From Candidatus Omnitrophota bacterium (lineage in GTDB: Bacteria > Omnitrophota > Gorgyraeia > Zapsychrales > Fredricksoniimonadaceae): a stretch of 64,000 bases of DNA. Location: NCBI GenBank assembly GCA_044225175.1, contig JBGAJA010000003.1, positions 133,428 through 197,427 on the forward strand, read 5' to 3'. Shown one piece after another: positions 40,814-50,241 of the stretch. Each line of letters starts with the position of its first letter. Position 1 is the stretch's first letter. The notes under the pieces were generated by a model. That model saw only the letters and a list, made by a program, of their open reading frames with translations. It did not search any database and was not told the origin of the DNA. The position numbers and the translations under genes are program-made.

Positions 40814-40978
40814 CAGATGGCTATATATAAATAGTCTTTAGAAATTAAAGTTGAGAAAAACCATAAATACTCTAAACAGCTTCAAAAATTAAAGCTATTG
40901 ATAGGGCAAATTTTTTGTATAGCTTTGTAAATTGATGTTGTTAGTTTCAAAAATTAAAGTTGAATTTGGGATAATAGA

Positions 40979-41157
40979 ATGGAAAACTCCCTCAAAAGTA
41001 TAAATGATATTGCAGTGTTATTAAACGTCGAAGTATCAACGATTTATTCATGGGTTCATACAAGAAGAATCCCTTATTATAAGTTGGGTAGGCTTATCAA
41101 ATTTAGTCCTAAAGATATTGAAAGATGGCTTCAAGAAAAGAAGGTGATGGAAAGATA
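40979..41157 (+). CDS. AlpA/Xis-family excisionase-like HTH protein (59 aa; absent from ORF track)
   Basis: MENSLKSINDIAVLLNVEVSTIYSWVHTRRIPYYKLGRLIKFSPKDIERWLQEK matches the phage_AlpA/HTH_17 pattern. Confidence 0.6.
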
Positions 41158-41162
41158 AAATT

Positions 41163-41369
41163 TTAATCAATCAATTTTGAAGGGGTAGTTTTAAGTGCTT
41201 TAGCAAGTTTTTCAAGTAAGGAGAGACCTACATTAGGTGTATTTCTACCTTCGATCTTTTGGATATATTTATATGCAATGCCGCTTTGTTCAGAAAGTTG
41301 TTCTTGTGTCAAATTGAGTTTTTCTCGAAGTTTTTTAACATTATTTCGTAGGATTTCGGGGGTATTCAT
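41163..41369 (-). CDS. XRE-family (Cro-like) HTH regulator
   Basis: LNLTQEQLSEQSGIAYKYIQKIEGRN; start at internal Met (MNTPEI). Confidence 0.7.
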   Translation of the reverse strand: MNTPEILRNNVKKLREKLNLTQEQLSEQSGIAYKYIQKIEGRNTPNVGLSLLEKLAKALKTTPSKLID

Positions 41370-41397
41370 ACACCCTATTATAGTTAGGTGAATAAAT

Positions 41398-41430
41398 ATT
41401 GACACCCAACAATCGTTGGGTGTATATTTT
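41398..41430 (+). promoter_or_regulatory. putative int promoter overlapping operator palindrome
   Basis: TTGACA (41399-41404), TATATT ~19 nt downstream; palindrome ACACCCAAC aatc GTTGGGTGT 41403-41424 between divergent cro-like and int genes. Confidence 0.4.
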
Positions 41431-41434
41431 GACT

Positions 41435-42508
41435 ATGGCAAGAATCTTTCAAAGAGGCAATATGTGGGGTATAGATTACAAAGCCAACGGGATCCGAAAA
41501 AGAGAAATAGTTGGCCCAAATAAGGCTATTGCCCAAATTGCTTTAAAGAAGAAACAAGTTTTAATTGCTGAAAACAAGTTTTTGGATATTAAACGACTTC
41601 CAAGAATGAAATTTACAGAGCTTGCCGACAAGTATATTGAGCTTTACTTAAAGCCAAATCGACCAAACTGGCATAAAGCTGAAGATCATAACATTAGACA
41701 CCTAAAATCTTTTTTTGGCGATCGGTATATTACCGATATTACAGCCATTGATGTAGAGAGGTTTCGACTTGAAAGGCTGAAATGTGTAGGAAAGAATAGC
41801 GTTAATAAGAATACGGCCTGTTTACGAGCAATGTTTAATAAGTCTATAGAATGGAAGCTGTTTGAAGGTCGAAATCCGGTCTCTGGAATCAAATTTTATA
41901 AGCTAGACAATAAAAGGCTCAGATTTCTTGAGAAAGAGGAAATAGGACGCCTTTTAAGCCATTGTGAAGGGCATTTGAGAGACATTGTTGAGTTTGCAAT
42001 TAACACAGGGATGAGAAGAGGGGAGATATTTAATCTAAAGTGGCATGATGTTGATTGGACTAATGGTATTATTCATATTTTGAAAACTAAAAACAGTGAA
42101 AAGAGAGAACTTCCTGTTAATGAGACGGTTCGTAATATCCTAATCAGAGTAAAGAGAGATCCTAATTCACCGTATGTTTTTATGAGTTTTGACGGTAAAC
42201 CGTTCGTTGATATTAAGAAATCGTTTCATACTGCCTTAGTGAAAGCTGGCATAGAGAACTTCCGTTTCCATGATTTGCGTCACACCTTTGCGTCCCAACT
42301 TGTTATGGCAGGTGTAGACTTATTGACTGTTAAGGAACTTCTAGGCCACAAGAAGATTGAAATGACTCTCCGATATTCTCACCTTAGTTGTGATCATAAA
42401 AAGCGTGCGGTAAAGGCTTTAGATGGCCTAAATGGCACAAATTTGGCACCATCAACACCTACTCAACCATTAACTATAGAAATACCAGATAGTTGCGTAA
42501 CTGTTTAA
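41435..42508 (+). CDS. tyrosine recombinase / phage integrase
   Basis: C-terminal catalytic region HDLRHTFASQLVMAGVDLLTVKELLGHKKIEMTLRYSHL (R..H..R..Y). Confidence 0.9.
   Translation: MARIFQRGNMWGIDYKANGIRKREIVGPNKAIAQIALKKKQVLIAENKFLDIKRLPRMKFTELADKYIELYLKPNRPNWHKAEDHNIRHLKSFFGDRYITDITAIDVERFRLERLKCVGKNSVNKNTACLRAMFNKSIEWKLFEGRNPVSGIKFYKLDNKRLRFLEKEEIGRLLSHCEGHLRDIVEFAINTGMRRGEIFNLKWHDVDWTNGIIHILKTKNSEKRELPVNETVRNILIRVKRDPNSPYVFMSFDGKPFVDIKKSFHTALVKAGIENFRFHDLRHTFASQLVMAGVDLLTVKELLGHKKIEMTLRYSHLSCDHKKRAVKALDGLNGTNLAPSTPTQPLTIEIPDSCVTV
42433..42452 (+). repeat. variant copy (16/20) of the TGGCAC direct repeat inside integrase 3' end
   Basis: TGGCACAAATTTGGCACCAT. Confidence 0.6.
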
Positions 42509-42845
42509 TCAGGTCGCCAGCCTGAGGGTCGATATAAAATGTTAGTAGAAACGACATAAAAGTCATCTAAAAGTAGATTTATTAAGGTAAATTAAATCGT
42601 TTATTCATTTAATTTTCATCTTATTTTTAGTGTTCTTTTGATATAAAAAGTTGACAACTTTTACTTGACAGATTTAACAGCATGATAGAATATAATCGCT
42701 TCCTAAGACATCAATTTAGCTGAATTTACATGTTCATGTCTCTTAAATTCTATCCAATTCGTTTTTTTTATCAAAAAATGTTACTCTTTTTGAGGGGCTA
42801 ATTTAGACTTTTTTGTATTATTTAAAGTATTGAAATCTTAACCAT

Positions 42846-42890
42846 CCCTGTGGTTTCGACCGCAGGGTGCGGGGCTACGAAAGTAGCCCC
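42846..42890 (+). promoter_or_regulatory. two adjacent GC-rich stem-loops (second with GNRA loop) immediately 5' of NYN gene
   Basis: CCCTG tggtttcgaccg CAGGG ; GGGGCTAC gaaa GTAGCCCC; ATG at 42900. Confidence 0.45.
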
Positions 42891-42899
42891 TGCTCATTT

Positions 42900-43856
42900 A
42901 TGCCCCCTGTAAAAACTAGTATTTATATTGATGGATTTAACCTTTACCATAGGAGTTTAAAAGATACTCCCTACAAATGGCTTGATTTTAAGTCATTGTT
43001 CTCTAAAATCCTTCCTCCTCATAGAAATGAAATTAATCATATAAAATATTTTACTTCACCTGTTTCTGCTCTTGAAGATGTACATAGACCTCAAAGACAA
43101 GATGCTTACATTCGTGCACTAAAAGCTTATATACCAGAGATCGAAATTTATTGGGGGAGATTTCAAACTCATCCTAAAAGCATGCCTAAAGCCAATCCTG
43201 ATTATCCTACTACTTCAAGTGATGTTTATTTAAGAGATGCCAAAGGAAACTTGATTTATGACAGAGTAGTGAGAGTAGAAGAAAAAGGATCAGATGTTAA
43301 TATAGCCATGCATCTTTTAAATGATGCATGGCTAAATCAATATGGTTGTGCAGTATTAGTTTCTAATGATAACGATATTGCGGGTGCATTAACTTTATTA
43401 GAGAAATACCATCCTAAAAAGATTCGAGGTCTAATTACACCATTTTGTGCTGCTAGTTTAAGAGCGTCTTTATCATCCAAGCCCTTAAATCCTGATCATT
43501 TGTTAACTCCTGCGAAAGATTTGATTGATAACGTCAATTTTGTCAGACAAATGCGAGAAGGGGTTCTTAGGGATTCCCAACTCCCTGATATTATTCCAGG
43601 AACAACAATTCATAAACCTATAGATTGGTGTTGTGGCAGAGTTTCTAAATATCCATTCCAGAAAGAGGGATTAGATTTTGATCTTATAATACCAAAATGT
43701 ATTCAAAAAGGTTATGTAACGAGCGACTATCAAGTAGATTTAGGATTTCTTACAGTAGATCAGGAATTTAAAGGATGGTTTCCTCAATACAATAAAAGTC
43801 ATTTCAATCAAATACAGTCACTTTTACATTTATTTCGTAGCTATCGTGAGTCTTAA
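42900..43856 (+). CDS. NYN (LabA-like, PIN-fold) nuclease domain protein
   Basis: IYIDGFNLYH...EKGSDVNIAMHLLNDA...VLVSNDNDIAGAL NYN motifs. Confidence 0.7.
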   Translation: MPPVKTSIYIDGFNLYHRSLKDTPYKWLDFKSLFSKILPPHRNEINHIKYFTSPVSALEDVHRPQRQDAYIRALKAYIPEIEIYWGRFQTHPKSMPKANPDYPTTSSDVYLRDAKGNLIYDRVVRVEEKGSDVNIAMHLLNDAWLNQYGCAVLVSNDNDIAGALTLLEKYHPKKIRGLITPFCAASLRASLSSKPLNPDHLLTPAKDLIDNVNFVRQMREGVLRDSQLPDIIPGTTIHKPIDWCCGRVSKYPFQKEGLDFDLIIPKCIQKGYVTSDYQVDLGFLTVDQEFKGWFPQYNKSHFNQIQSLLHLFRSYRES

Positions 43857-44495
43857 ATGAACGTTGACCAAATAACTAATATAGCGATCAAAATTCAACA
43901 ATTAGGTGATAAAGCTGACTTTACTCTATTAGTTGCAATTATAGGTGCTATTGCAGCCATTGCTGCTGCCATTGTAGCAGGTATTTTTGCATACAAGGTG
44001 AATCAGAGTAATACACAGCATCAGAAACAATGGGCTTATATTAATAAGAGAAGTCTTTTAATAGATCATGCAGTCGATACTGTTATAAAGATGATGTATA
44101 CAAAATTATTGATTTGCGATCACAATTCTCAACCTGCAAAGGATAATTTCTTTTCGCTTCAGAAGGATGCACTTTTGATTGAGAGTCATTTAATTGTTTA
44201 TGGTGCACAGAAGATCGCAGAAGCATTAAATGATATAAAGACAGATATAGTCCAATGTCCAGATAAAGAATTTCGTAATCAATGGGCATCAATTTATAGT
44301 AAGGGGACTGGATATTTAGATCAATGTCGTCAATTTCTGGGAAATGATTTAGGGAAAGATTATACGAAATTCTCAAAAGAGCTTACAGCTTCACCGCCGC
44401 CAGCTGTTGAATTTGTACCTAAAACTGTTACTGCAAATACAGCAAGTAGTTTATCTATTCAACAAATAGAAAAATGGCACAAATCTGGCACATAA
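43857..44495 (+). CDS. hypothetical membrane-anchored protein
   Basis: Single N-terminal TM (LLVAIIGAIAAIAAAIVAGIFAY); C-terminus contains direct repeat copy C. Confidence 0.45.
   Translation: MNVDQITNIAIKIQQLGDKADFTLLVAIIGAIAAIAAAIVAGIFAYKVNQSNTQHQKQWAYINKRSLLIDHAVDTVIKMMYTKLLICDHNSQPAKDNFFSLQKDALLIESHLIVYGAQKIAEALNDIKTDIVQCPDKEFRNQWASIYSKGTGYLDQCRQFLGNDLGKDYTKFSKELTASPPPAVEFVPKTVTANTASSLSIQQIEKWHKSGT
44475..44494 (+). repeat. 20-bp direct repeat copy C (putative att)
   Basis: TGGCACAAATCTGGCACATA. Confidence 0.7.
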
Positions 44496-44665
44496 TTTAT
44501 TGGCATCTTGTAAGTTGAGTAGCATGAAAGGTTAGAAAAGCGATCCTGTCACTCATAACCTGCATCTTAATGGTCAGGGGTATCATCTTTGGTATGATTT
44601 TATCAAAAGTGAATTATCTGATGATCAAGAGTAAAAACTTATAAAGTTATCATTTTCAGATGGTG

Positions 44666-44703
44666 ACTCCTATGATTCTTAAGTAGAATTGTAGGAGTTT
44701 TTC
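44666..44703 (+). terminator. hairpin + U-tract in crcB leader
   Basis: ACTCCTA tgattcttaagtagaattg TAGGAGT TTTTTC. Confidence 0.45.
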
Positions 44704-44732
44704 ATTATTAACCTAAAGGTGAAAGGGTATCT

Positions 44733-45107
44733 ATGGACAAATTCATATGTTTAATTACAGCCGGAGCAATAGGTACTCTTGCAAGATATGGGATTGCATC
44801 TGCCATATATTTACGTATGGGAAGAGATTTTCCCTATGGGACTTTATTGGTTAATCTTATTGGATGCTTCTTAGCTGGATTCTTTGATGCCTTTTTAAAT
44901 GAGAAATTTGCATTAAGTCCGACGCTGCGGCTTTTCTTGCTGACAGGTTTCTGTGGAGCTTTTACTACTTTCTCAGCATTGATCCTAGACTCTTCGAATT
45001 TGGCCAGAGATGGCGAATTCTTTAAAGCTTTATTAAATGTGGTTATTAGTTGTGTTATTGGATTTATTATCTTTCGGTTAGGTGGAATGTTAGGAAAAAT
45101 AATATAA
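44733..45107 (+). CDS. crcB: fluoride ion channel CrcB/FluC
   Basis: 4-TM ~124 aa; LLTGFCGAFTTFSAL signature. Confidence 0.85.
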   Translation: MDKFICLITAGAIGTLARYGIASAIYLRMGRDFPYGTLLVNLIGCFLAGFFDAFLNEKFALSPTLRLFLLTGFCGAFTTFSALILDSSNLARDGEFFKALLNVVISCVIGFIIFRLGGMLGKII

Positions 45108-45240
45108 AACAGAGGGAATTCTATATAGTTTACGGCTAGTTCAATGGTGCTCAATTAAAAACCATCAGGAAGTCATCACACTTGTGGTATTTAGGGTGTT
45201 CTCTGTGGTCTATCTTAAGGAAGATTTAAAAAATAGTAGA

Positions 45241-45435
45241 TTATTCGTTTTCTCGTTTAATATCTACAGAGAGAATCTGGTCGCCTCTAATTCTGACATG
45301 GACTGCAATAGGGGCACAGCAGACCGTGCAATCAACCACAAAATACTGGTTATTTCCGCCTGTTAAATCAATGGGGATTTCATTGCTTTGGGAGCAGTAA
45401 GGGCAATAGAAATGTTCAAATTCTTCTAAAGACAT
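45241..45435 (-). CDS. CPXCG-related cysteine-rich zinc-finger protein
   Basis: CPYCSQ...IDLTGG...CTVCCAPI pattern of Cys_rich_CPXG family. Confidence 0.6.
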   Translation of the reverse strand: MSLEEFEHFYCPYCSQSNEIPIDLTGGNNQYFVVDCTVCCAPIAVHVRIRGDQILSVDIKRENE

Positions 45436-45502
45436 GGCTTATTGTAGCATCGTGTTTTGTTTGTAGCCAAAATGTTTTTCCTGTAGTACACTTGGGGCTC
45501 TT

Positions 45503-47383
45503 ATGGCACTCATTAGTTTGCAAGAAATCACATTGGCCTTCGGTGGCCCTCTATTATTTGAGAAACTAAGCCTGCAATTAGAACCAGGTGAGCGGGTTGC
45601 TTTACTTGGCCGAAATGGCGTAGGTAAAACAACTCTCATGAAAGTAATGGCAGGCCAAATTGAAATTGATGGCGGAGAGATTGTTTTTCAAAAGAACATT
45701 AAAGTCACTCATCTTCCCCAAGAAGTCCCCAATGATATTAAAGGAACTGTTTTTGATATTGTTTTTGCAGGGCTTGGCGCTCGTGCCAAAATATTGAGTG
45801 ACTACCACCATATTACCCACCGTTTACATACCGAACATACACCTCAATTAATTCAAGAGTTAGATCGCTTGCAAGGAGAGCTAACTAAGACCAATAGTTG
45901 GGATTTAGATGCAGAAGTAGAGTATGTGCTTACCCAGATGAAGTTAGATGGAGAAGCAGATTTTGAGAAGCTTTCGGGTGGACAGAAAAGGCGTGTTTTA
46001 TTAGCACGTGCCTTGGTTATCAAACCGGAAGTATTGCTTCTAGATGAGCCTACCAACCATTTGGATATCGATACAATCAATTGGCTGGAAGAATTTTTAA
46101 AGACTTATCCCGGTACCCTATTCTTTGTCACTCATGACCGTATGTTTATGACTCATTTAGCCACTCGAATCATTGAGCTAGATCGTGGCAAGATTTTAAA
46201 TTGGTCTTGTGATTACCAGACATTTTTAGAACGTAAGAAAATGGTCCTTGAAATTGAGTCCGCTCAACGAGCAGACTTTGATAAGAAATTAGCGGAAGAA
46301 GAAGTATGGATTCGTAAAGGGGTCAAAGCCCGTCGTACTCGTAATGAAGGGCGAGTTAAGGCCCTTGAACGTCTCCGCGAGGAAAAAAAGAGTCAGCGCC
46401 AACTGATCGGTAAAGCTCGAATTCAAGCTCAGGAAGCTGAAAATTCTGGTCATTTAGTTATTAAAGCTGCTCATTTAGGATTTAGTTATGGAGATCACAA
46501 CATTATCCGCGACTTTTCAACTCAGATTATGAGGGGCGATAAGATTGGTGTGATTGGTGCTAATGGAACAGGAAAGACCACATTGCTACGTATTTTGTTG
46601 GGCCAATTGGAACCTCAAAAGGGTAAGGTCCGTTTGGGGACCAATCTTGAAGTCCTTTATTATGATCAATTGCGTGAACAATTAGATGAAGATAAAACTG
46701 TAATTGAGAATGTCTGTAAAGGTGGAGATACCGTAACGATCAATGGAAAGCCCAGACATATTATCGGATATTTGGAAGATTTTTTATTTACTCCTGATCG
46801 AGCTAGGACACCTGTTAAAGTTCTTTCCGGTGGAGAACGCAATCGTTTATTTTTGGCAAGACTCTTTACTAAGCCTTCCAACTTCTTAGTCATGGATGAA
46901 CCCACTAACGATCTTGATATCGAAACGCAGGAACTTCTAGAAGAACTTCTCATGGAGTATAGCGGTACAATTATTTTAGTTAGTCACGACAGATCGTTCT
47001 TAAATAATGTTGTAACATCAACCATTGTTTTAGAAGGCCAAGGTGAGATTTATGAATATGCAGGGGGATATGACGATTGGCTTGATCAGAAGAAGCTTAA
47101 AGAAAAGCCACAGCCCATTAAATCTCAAACATCAAAAGTAAAAACTGAGCAACCCAAGTCAGAAAAAAAGATTTCATATAATGAAGAAAAAGAGTTAGAG
47201 AGTCTTCCTGCTAAGATTCAAAGACTTGAAGAAGAACAAATGAAGCTGCATACCATGTTTGCGGATAGTTCCTTTTATCAAAAGTCTCCTCAAGAAATTG
47301 CCAAAACCCAACAGCGTTCAGAAATCCTTGCCCAAGAATTGCTTGAAGCTTACGAACGTTGGGAATATTTAGCCAGCCTTTAA
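45503..47383 (+). CDS. ABC-F family ATPase (two ABC domains, Uup/EttA-like, C-terminal coiled coil)
   Basis: Two Walker A sites (GRNGVGKTT; GANGTGKTT), two signature motifs (LSGGQKRR; LSGGERNR), no TM domain. Confidence 0.85.
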   Translation: MALISLQEITLAFGGPLLFEKLSLQLEPGERVALLGRNGVGKTTLMKVMAGQIEIDGGEIVFQKNIKVTHLPQEVPNDIKGTVFDIVFAGLGARAKILSDYHHITHRLHTEHTPQLIQELDRLQGELTKTNSWDLDAEVEYVLTQMKLDGEADFEKLSGGQKRRVLLARALVIKPEVLLLDEPTNHLDIDTINWLEEFLKTYPGTLFFVTHDRMFMTHLATRIIELDRGKILNWSCDYQTFLERKKMVLEIESAQRADFDKKLAEEEVWIRKGVKARRTRNEGRVKALERLREEKKSQRQLIGKARIQAQEAENSGHLVIKAAHLGFSYGDHNIIRDFSTQIMRGDKIGVIGANGTGKTTLLRILLGQLEPQKGKVRLGTNLEVLYYDQLREQLDEDKTVIENVCKGGDTVTINGKPRHIIGYLEDFLFTPDRARTPVKVLSGGERNRLFLARLFTKPSNFLVMDEPTNDLDIETQELLEELLMEYSGTIILVSHDRSFLNNVVTSTIVLEGQGEIYEYAGGYDDWLDQKKLKEKPQPIKSQTSKVKTEQPKSEKKISYNEEKELESLPAKIQRLEEEQMKLHTMFADSSFYQKSPQEIAKTQQRSEILAQELLEAYERWEYLASL

Positions 47384-47449
47384 GAAACTCCTTCTTATCT
47401 AAATTCATCTTGTCTTCATCTTAATTTTGGTAAATTTAATTATAGATAA

Positions 47450-47479
47450 GGTAGAGACGCAAGATCTTACGTCTCCACC
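47450..47479 (+). repeat. GTAGAGACG-family hairpin repeat (copy 2)
   Basis: GGTAGAGACG caagatctta CGTCTCCACC. Confidence 0.55.
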
Positions 47480-47500
47480 TAACAAAAACAGGAGGTCAAA

Positions 47501-47620
47501 ATGAATAAACCAAAAATTCAAGATGATCGAGTAGTTTGGCTCTATGAAGAACTAGAAGAAGATTTTTTAACAGGAAAGAACCAAGAGTTCTCTAATGATA
47601 TTTGGGAAGATGATGAATAA
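47501..47620 (+). CDS. possible small acidic ORF (39 aa)
   Basis: Strong RBS ACAGGAGG 7 nt upstream of ATG; MNKPKIQDDRVVWLYEELEEDFLTGKNQEFSNDIWEDDE. Confidence 0.3.
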   Translation: MNKPKIQDDRVVWLYEELEEDFLTGKNQEFSNDIWEDDE

Positions 47621-47655
47621 TTAAGACAAGCGGCCTATAAAGGGGGCATTATTTT

Positions 47656-50043
47656 ATGATAGGGCGCATTGAATTCTTTTTAAGAAAATTAAGAAGATTC
47701 TTTAGTCGAAGTTACTGGGTCATTCGTTTATTAGGTCTTTCCTCATTGAGCTCAGCGCCTCAGGAATCAGGCCTTGTGATGGTCCAGATTGATGGACTAT
47801 CAAAAAATCAATTTGATAAAGCCTTACAAAAGAAAAGAACACCATTTTTAAGTTCTTTGTTAGCCAAAGAACATTATGTAGAGCATGTCTTCTATTCAGG
47901 TTTGCCTTCCAATACACCCGCTGTTCAAGCAGAAATTTTCTATGGCATTAAAGGATGCGTTCCCTCATTTAGTTTTATGGACCGTCAAACAGGACAAAAC
48001 GTTAAGATGTTTGATGCGTCCTATGTTGAAAAATTTCAAAAGAAACTAGAACAACAGGCAACTGGGATACTGACAGGTGGAAGTGCTTACAGCAACATTT
48101 TTACAGGTGGAGCAAAAGAAGGCCATTTTTGTTTTGCTCAATTAGGATGGGGAGGGGTTATGCATGCCACTCGTCCATGGGTTCTTCCTTTTTTAATTCT
48201 TCTGTATATCGACATTTTTATCAAGACTTTCTTATTATTAATCATTGAATTCTTCGTCGCTATTTTTGAATGTATTAAGGGCACTATTTCAGGAAGAATA
48301 TTCTCAGAAGAACTGCGTTTTGTTTGGCTGCGAGTACTGGTTTGTGTTTTTTTAAGAGAAGTCATGGTTGCAGGAGTATGCATTGATATTATGAGAGGTC
48401 ATCCTGTTATTCATTTAAATTTTTTAGGTTATGATGAACAAGCCCATTGCCGAGGACCCTTTTCTCGCTATGCCCACTGGGCATTGAAAGGTATTGATAA
48501 TTGTATTAGACGTATTGACCGTACAACCAAGCAAACAGAGTTTAGACAGTATGATTTATGGGTTTACTCAGATCATGGACAGGAAAGAACCACTCCTTAT
48601 TTCATTGAATATGGAATTACTATTGAAGATGCTGTACAGAAATTGTTTGGTTCCACATCAATTCCCGCATCTTTTAAGAGCTCTCATTCCACAGATTTTC
48701 ATAGTCATTCAAGGCTTTTGAAAAAAAGAAAGATTACTGCGGTTCAGGTAGAAACACCTTCTAATCAGGCTATTGATTTTCTATCTCAGGAAGCAATTGT
48801 GACCGCTATGGGCCCTTTAGGGCAGATTTATGTAAAAAAGAAAATGGAATTAAAGGAATTTGAGTTCTTTGCTCGCAAGCTAGTTGATGATCTAAAGATC
48901 CCTTTAGTCATGATGAAAGGTCAAGACAATCAAGTGATTGCCCATACACCCCATGGACGTTTTGTTCTACCTAATCAAATCAAAGAAGTATTTGGGGAAG
49001 ATCATCCATTTTTAGAAGAGTTTAAAGAAGATGTGATTCGGATATGTCATCACCCCAATGCTGGTGAATTTGTTATTGCTGGGTGGAGTAAGGGTCAACC
49101 CTTAATAAGTTTTCCATTGGAATATGGAGCCCATGCAGCTATGGGAGCGGATGAAACTAGAGGTTTTGCTCTTCTTCCTCTTGATGTTCCTCTTGAGAAT
49201 AGAAATAAGAAATATGTGCGTCCAGTTGATCTTCACGAGGCAGTTAAGAAGCATTTAAACAAGAAGGATAATCCATTTATCTTTGTAAAAAATAGTATTG
49301 CTCAAGGAGAAGCTTTACGAATCATGAGCTATAACGTTCACGGCTGTCAGGGAATGGATGGATTTATCTCCACCGAACGCATTGCTCGAGTGATTGCCCG
49401 GCATAGTCCCGATATTATTGCATTGCAAGAATTAGATGTGGGCCGTCTGCGTTCTAGAAAAATGGATCAAGCTCGCAGAATCGCAGATTATTTGGAAATG
49501 AAATATCATTTTCATTCAGTTTTTTTTCAAGAAGAAGAGCAGTATGGAAATGCGCTTTTAAGTCGATACCCGCTTACATTAATCAAAAAACAAGCTTTAC
49601 CTATTCTTCCTCATGGTAAGAGAAATGAGCCTAGAGGTGCCTTGTGGGCACTTATGGAGTTTCAAGGCAGGCAAATATATATTGTGAATACCCATTTAAG
49701 TATATGGCCCCGAGAAAGAGTTTTGCAAACCAAGGCTTTATTGGCAGAAAAGAAGCTAGTAGATCCAAGTGAAAATAGTCCCATTATTTTGTGTGGAGAT
49801 TTTAATGCCACGCCTGGTTCTGCGGTATATAAAAGAATCTGTGAAAAATTTAAAGACAGTCAAACTTTATTACAAGGGCAGCAACGGCAGTATACATGGT
49901 TTGGTAGCTATCCTTTAGCTCAGATAGATCATGTTTTTGTGACATCTCATTTTCAGATTCAGAGTGCTTCTGTATCTAGAACGAGTCTTGACAAGGTTGC
50001 CTCCGATCACCTTCCTCTTCTTATTAACCTTAAGATTATTTAA
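47656..50043 (+). CDS. membrane protein fusing an NPP/AlkP-superfamily phosphodiesterase-like domain with a C-terminal endonuclease/exonuclease/phosphatase (EEP) domain
   Basis: N-terminal VMVQIDGLS...SGLPSNTPAVQAEIFYG (NPP-type nucleophile region); central TM helices; C-terminal IMSYNVHGC...ALQELD...NTHLS...CGDFNATPGS...DHVFVT EEP motifs. Confidence 0.7.
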   Translation: MIGRIEFFLRKLRRFFSRSYWVIRLLGLSSLSSAPQESGLVMVQIDGLSKNQFDKALQKKRTPFLSSLLAKEHYVEHVFYSGLPSNTPAVQAEIFYGIKGCVPSFSFMDRQTGQNVKMFDASYVEKFQKKLEQQATGILTGGSAYSNIFTGGAKEGHFCFAQLGWGGVMHATRPWVLPFLILLYIDIFIKTFLLLIIEFFVAIFECIKGTISGRIFSEELRFVWLRVLVCVFLREVMVAGVCIDIMRGHPVIHLNFLGYDEQAHCRGPFSRYAHWALKGIDNCIRRIDRTTKQTEFRQYDLWVYSDHGQERTTPYFIEYGITIEDAVQKLFGSTSIPASFKSSHSTDFHSHSRLLKKRKITAVQVETPSNQAIDFLSQEAIVTAMGPLGQIYVKKKMELKEFEFFARKLVDDLKIPLVMMKGQDNQVIAHTPHGRFVLPNQIKEVFGEDHPFLEEFKEDVIRICHHPNAGEFVIAGWSKGQPLISFPLEYGAHAAMGADETRGFALLPLDVPLENRNKKYVRPVDLHEAVKKHLNKKDNPFIFVKNSIAQGEALRIMSYNVHGCQGMDGFISTERIARVIARHSPDIIALQELDVGRLRSRKMDQARRIADYLEMKYHFHSVFFQEEEQYGNALLSRYPLTLIKKQALPILPHGKRNEPRGALWALMEFQGRQIYIVNTHLSIWPRERVLQTKALLAEKKLVDPSENSPIILCGDFNATPGSAVYKRICEKFKDSQTLLQGQQRQYTWFGSYPLAQIDHVFVTSHFQIQSASVSRTSLDKVASDHLPLLINLKII

Positions 50044-50124
50044 TTCTGTCTTCATCTTCACTTAATGCGTCCCATGTTATTTTTGTAGTGGAGGATAAAA
50101 GAGTGAATATGAAGGGGGTTATAA

Positions 50125-50226
50125 ATGGATAGCAAAGAAGTTTTATACGAATGTCAAAGTTGTGGAGCAACATCCACTGGACCAGTGACATGTTGTGGAA
50201 GACCTATGAAAAAGAAAGCAAGTTAA
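50125..50226 (+). CDS. possible zinc-ribbon mini-protein (33 aa)
   Basis: MDSKEVLYECQSCGATSTGPVTCCGRPMKKKAS; CxxC...CC; directly upstream of yciF-like gene. Confidence 0.35.
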   Translation: MDSKEVLYECQSCGATSTGPVTCCGRPMKKKAS

Positions 50227-50241
50227 ATAAAGGAGTTTGAA

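Larger units (their letters stand above)
36018..44494 (+). mobile_element. integrative-element-like genomic island(s) (Int/Xis/Cro-like modules, cargo of conflict-system-like genes); possibly two tandem units (36.0-42.4 kb and 42.5-44.5 kb)
   Basis: The region is bounded by 20-bp perfect direct repeats, with a third copy inside the integrase 3' end. Additional support is the tyrosine integrase, AlpA-like Xis, two XRE regulators and an adjacent tRNA fragment, and the region looks more AT-rich by eye. Confidence 0.55.

Noticed and set aside
44496-44732. Fluoride (crcB-motif) riboswitch upstream of crcB
   Set aside because: GATGG and TGACTCCTA-like strings are present, but the conserved GC-rich P1 and the AAAC-GC core were not found. 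The hairpin + U-tract at 44666-44703 is more simply a terminator/attenuator. It needs a cmsearch with RF01734.
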